Shown: piece by piece, positions 58,888 to 64,000 of the stretch
Layout: the number at the start of each line of letters is the position of its first letter
Numbering within the stretch: position 1 is the first letter of the stretch
Source of the DNA: the human T2T-CHM13v2.0 reference genome, Homo sapiens
Assembly (NCBI RefSeq): GCF_009914755.1
Contig: NC_060939.1
Reading direction: 5' to 3' (one strand)
DNA: 64,000 nucleotides
Made by a program: the position numbers and the translations under genes
The notes under the pieces: generated by a model
Seen by the model: the letters and a program-made list of their open reading frames with translations, nothing else
The model's database searches: none
What the model was told of the DNA's origin: nothing

Positions 58888-61800
58888 AAAACTTCTCTTT
58901 CAAAGAAAAGTTCAAGTCTGTGAGTTGAGTAGACACATCACAAAGTGGTAACTGAGAATTCTTCTGTCTAGTTTTTATGGGAAGATATTTTCTTTTTCAC
59001 CTTAGGCCTAAAAGTGCTCCATATTTCCAATTACAAATCCTACAAAAAGAGTGTTTAAAAACTGCTCTATGAAAGGGAATGTTCAACTCTCTGAGTTGAA
59101 TGCAAACATCACAAAGAAGTTCCTGAAAATTCTTCTGTCTACTTTTTACGTGAAGATATTCCCGTTTCCAACGAAGGCCACAAAGCAGGCTAATTTTCCA
59201 CTTGCAGATTCTACGAAAAGAGTGTTTCAAAAGTTCCCTTTCAAAAGAAAAGTTCAACTCTGTGAGGTGAGTACACACATCACAAAGTACTTTCTGAGAA
59301 TTCTTCTGTCTAGTTTTTGAGGGAAGATATTTCCTTTTTCACCAGAGACCTCAAAGCACTCCAAGTTTCCACTTACACATTATACAAAAAGAGTGTTTCA
59401 AAACTGTTCTATGAAAAGGAATTTTCAATTTTGTGGCTTGAATGCAAGCATCACAAAGAAGTTTCTGACAATGCTACTGTCTAGTTGTTACTTGAAGATA
59501 TTCCCGTTTCCAACGAAATCCTCAAAGCTATCCAAATATCCACTTGCAGGTTCCACAAAAAGAGTGTTTCAAAACTGCTCTATCAATAGAAAGATTCAAA
59601 TCTGTTAGTTACGTACATACATCACAAACAAGTTTCTGAGAATCCTTCTGCTAGTTTTTATGGGAAGATATTTCCTTTTTCAGCATAGGCCTCAAACAGC
59701 TCGAAATGTCCACTTCCAGATACTACAAAAAGGGTGTTTCAAACATGCTCTATGAAAGGGAAGGTTCAACTCTGAGACTTGAATGCAGACATCACAAAGC
59801 AGTTTCTGAGAATGCTTCTGTCAAGATGTTACATGAAGAGAGTCCCGTTTCCAATGAAATCCTCAAGCTATCAAAATATCCACTTGCAGATTATACAAAC
59901 AGAGTATTTCAAAACTGCTCTGTCAAAAGAAAGCTTCAACTCTGTTATTTGAGTACACACATCACAAACAAGCTTCTGAGAATGCTTCTATCTAGCTTTT
60001 ATGGGAAGATATTTCCTTTTTCACCTTAGGCGTCAAAGCGCTCCAAATCTTCACTTCTAGATACTACAAAAAGAGTGTTTCAAACCAATCCTATGAAATG
60101 AAATCTTCAACTCGGTGATTTGAATGCAGACATCACAAAGCAGTTTCTGAGAATGCATCTGTCTTGATTTTATATGAAAATAATCCCGTGTCCAACGAAA
60201 TCCTCAAAGCTATCCAAATGTACACTTGCAGATTCTACAAAAAGAGTGTTTCAAAACTGCTCTGTTAAAAGGAAGGTTCAACTCTGTTAGTTGAGTACAC
60301 ACATCACAAACAAGTTTCTGAGAATGCTTCTGTCTAGTTTTTATGGGAAGATATTTCCTTTTTCACCGTAGGCATCAAAGCGCACCAAATGTCCACTTCC
60401 ACATACTACAAAAAGAGTGTTTCAAACCTGCTCTATGAAAGGGAAAGTTGAAACCTATGAGTTGAATGAAAATGTCACAAAAAAGTTTCTGAGAATGCTT
60501 CTGTCTAGATTTTACATGAAGATATTCCCGTTTCCTATGAAATCCTCAAAGCTATCCAAATATCCACTTGCAGATTCCACAAAAAGAGAGTTTCAAAACT
60601 GCTGTATGAATAGAAAGATTCAACTCTATTAGTTGCGTACAAACGTCACAAACAAGTTTCTGAGAATCCTTCTGCTCGTTTTTATGGGAAGATAATTCCT
60701 TTTTCAGCATAGGCGTCAAAGAGCTCGAAATGTCCACTTCCAGATACTACAAAAACAGTGTTTGAAACCTACTCTATGAAAGGGAATATTCAACTCTGTA
60801 ACTTGAATGCAGACATTACAAAAGAGTTTCTGAGAATTCTTCTGTGTAGATTTTATAGGAAGATATTCCCATTTCCAACGAAATCCTCAAAGCTATCCAA
60901 ATATCCACTTGCAAATTTTACAAAAACAGTGTTTCAAAACTGATCTATCAATAGAAACGTTCAAAAGTGTTAGTTCCATTCATACATAACAAACAACATT
61001 CTGAGAATGCTTCTGTCTCGTTTTGAAGGGAAGATATTTCCTTCTTCACCATAGGCGACAAAGCGCTCAAAATGTCCCCTTCCAGATACTACAAAAAGAG
61101 TGTTTCAAACCTGCTCTACGAAAGGGAATGTTCAACTTTGTGACTTGACTGCAGACATTACTAAGCATTTTCTGAGAATGCTTCTGTCTAGATTTTACAT
61201 GAAGATACTCCCGTTTCCAACGAAATCCTCAAAGCTATCCAAATATCAACTTGCAGATTCTACAAAAAGAGTTTTCCAAAAGTCCTATGACAAAAGAAAG
61301 GTTCAAATCTATTAGTTGACGGCACGTATCACAACCAAGTTTCTGAGAATGCTTCTGTCTAGTTTATATGGGAAGATATTTCCTTTTTAAACACAGGCGT
61401 CAAAGTGCTCGAAATGTCCACTTCCAGATACCACAAAAGGAGAGTTTCAAGTCGGCTACATGAAAGGGAATGTGCAGCTCTGTGACTAGAATGCAGACAT
61501 CACAAATCACTTTCTGAGAATGCTTCCATCTAGATTTTATATGAAGGTATCCCCGTTACCAACAAAATCCTCAAAACTATCCAAATATCCACTTGCAGAT
61601 ACGACAAAAAGAGTGTTTCAAAACTGCTCTGTCAAAAGGAAAGTTCAACTCTGTTAGTTGAGTACACACATCACAAACAAGTTTCTGAGAATGTTTCTGT
61701 CTAGTTTTATGGGAAGACATTTCCTTTTTCACCATAGGCCTCAGAGCGCTTGAAATGTCCATTTCCACATACTACACAAAGAATGTTTCAAACCTGCTCT

Positions 61801-64000
61801 ATGAAAGGGAATGTTCAAATCTATGAGTTGAATGCAAACATCACAAAGAAGTTTCTGAGAATGTTTCTGTCTAGATTTTATATGAAGATATTCCCGTTTC
61901 CAATGAAATTTTCAAAGCTCTCCAAATATGCACTTGTAGATTCTACAAAAAGAGTGTTTCCAAACTCCTGTATCAAAACAAAGGTTCAACTCTCTTAGTT
62001 GAGGACACACATCACAAATAAGTTTCTGAGAATGATTCTGTCTAGTTTTTATTTGAAGACATTTCCTTTCACACCGTAGGCCTGAAAGTGCTCAAAATGT
62101 CCACTTTCAGATACTACAGAGTGTTTCAAACCCGCTCTATGAAAGGGAATGTTCAACTCTGTGACTTGAATGCAAACATCACAAAGCAGTTTCTGAGAAT
62201 GTTTCCATCTGGATTTTATATGAAGATATTCCCGGAACCAACGAAATCCTCAAAGCTATCTAAATATCCACTTGCAGATTGTACAAAAACAGTGTTTCAA
62301 AACTGCCATGTCAAAAGGTAGGTTCAATTCTGTTAGTTCAGTACACACATCAAAAACAAGTTTCTGAGAATGCTTCTATCTATTTTTTATGGGAAGGTAT
62401 TTCCTTTTTCACCACAGGCCTCAAAGCGCTCCAAATGACCATTTCCACATACTACACAAAGAGTGTTTCAAACCTGCTGTATGAAAGGGAATGTTCAAAT
62501 CAATGAGTTGAAAGTAAATATCAAAAAGAAGGTTCTGAGAATGCTTCTGTCTAGATTTTATGTGAAGATATTGCCTTTTCCATTGTAATCCTCAAATCTA
62601 TCCAAATATCCACTTGTAGATTCTAAAAAAAGAGTGTTTCAAAACTGCTCTGTCACGAGGAAGGTTCAACTCTGTTACTTGAGTACACACATCACAAAGA
62701 AGTTTCTGAGAAAGCTTCTGTCTACATTTTATGGGAAGATATTTCTTTTTTCACCATAGGCTTCAAAGCGCTCGAAAAGTCCATTTCAACATACTACACA
62801 AAGAGTGTTTCAAACCTGCTATATCAAAGGGAATGAGTTGAATGCAAACAACACAATGAAGTTTCGGAGAATGCTTCTGTCTAGATTTTATATGAAGGTT
62901 TTCCCGCTTCCCACAAAATTTTCAATGCTCTCAAAATATCCACTTGTAGATTCTCCAGAAAGAGTGTTTCCAAACTACTGTATCAAAACAAAGGTTCAAC
63001 TCTGTCAGTTGAGGACACACATCACAAATAAGTTTCTGAGAATGCTTCTGTCTAGTTCGGATTTAAAGACATTACCTTTCTCACCTTAGGCCTGAAAGCG
63101 CTCGCAATATCCACTTCCAGATACTACAGAAACAGTGATTCAAACCTCCTCTATGAAAGGGAATGTTCAACTAGGTGACTTGAATACAAACATCACAAAG
63201 CAGTTTCTGAGAATGCTGCTGTCTACTTTCTATTTGTAATCCCGTTTCCAACGAAATCCTCAGAACTATCGAAATTTCCAATTGCATATTCCACCAAAAG
63301 AGTGTTTCAAAGCTGCTCTGTAAGAAGAAAGCTTCAACTCTGTTAGTTGAATACACACGTCACAAACAAGTTTCTGAGAATGATTCTGTCTAGTTTTTAT
63401 GGGAAGATATTTCCTTTTTCACCGTGGGCCTCAAAGCGCTCCAAATGTCCACTCCCACATACTACAAAAAGAGTGTTTCAAACCTGCTCTATGAAAGGGA
63501 ACGTTCAACTCTATGAGTTGAATGCAAACATTACAAAGAAGTTTCTGAGAATGCTTCTGTCTAGATTTTATATGTAGATATTCCCGTTTCCAACGAAATC
63601 CTCAAAGCTATCCAAATATCAACTTGCAGATTCTACAAAAGGAATGTTTCCAAAATGCTGTATCCAAACAAAGGTTCAACTCTGGGAATTGAGGACATAC
63701 ATCACAAAGCAGATTCTGAGAATGCTTCGGTCTAGATTTTACATGAAAATATTCCCGTTTCCAACGAAATCCTCAAAGCTATCCAAATATCCACTTGCAA
63801 AAGCCACAAAAAGAGTGTTTCAAACCTGCTCTGTGAAAAGGAAGGTTCAACTCTGTTAGTTGAGTACACACATTCACCAAGAGGTTTCTGAGAATGCTGC
63901 TGACTAGTTTTTATTTGAAGATATTTCCCTTTTCACCTTAGGCCTAAGAGTGCTCGAAATGTCCATTTCCACTTACTACACAAAGTGTGTTTCTAACGTG
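58888..64000 (-). repeat. Alpha satellite, right block (continues beyond the window)
   Basis: Resumes in register after the L1 TSD; 171-bp monomers with ~342-bp A/B dimer periodicity. Confidence 0.97.

Overview
Human pericentromeric transition zone. Bases 1-48460 are repeat-rich, segmental-duplication-type DNA carrying two broken, oppositely oriented pieces of FRG1. Exons 8-9 lie on the + strand at 1.6-3.0 kb. The CpG-island promoter, exon 1 and exon 2 lie on the - strand at 18.0-20.5 kb. A dead, 5'-truncated L1PA2/3 with no target-site duplication sits between them. From about 48461 to the end the window is 171-bp alpha satellite with alternating A/B monomers, 12 core-intact CENP-B boxes and relic higher-order structure. 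The satellite is interrupted by a full-length (6032 bp) human-specific pre-Ta L1HS with intact ORF0, ORF1 and ORF2 and a 14-bp TSD. These L1 ORFs are the only credible protein-coding sequences. I found no evidence of a wholly new biological system. The best leads are the possibly retrotransposition-competent L1 inside CENP-B-box satellite, its antisense ORF0 donor being in frame with the orphaned FRG1 exon 2, the rearranged FRG1 architecture, and a perfect 23-bp-stem palindrome at an Alu deletion junction. Repeat subfamily calls and FRG1/L1 reference comparisons rest on my recall of consensus sequences. Boundaries of old repeats are approximate.
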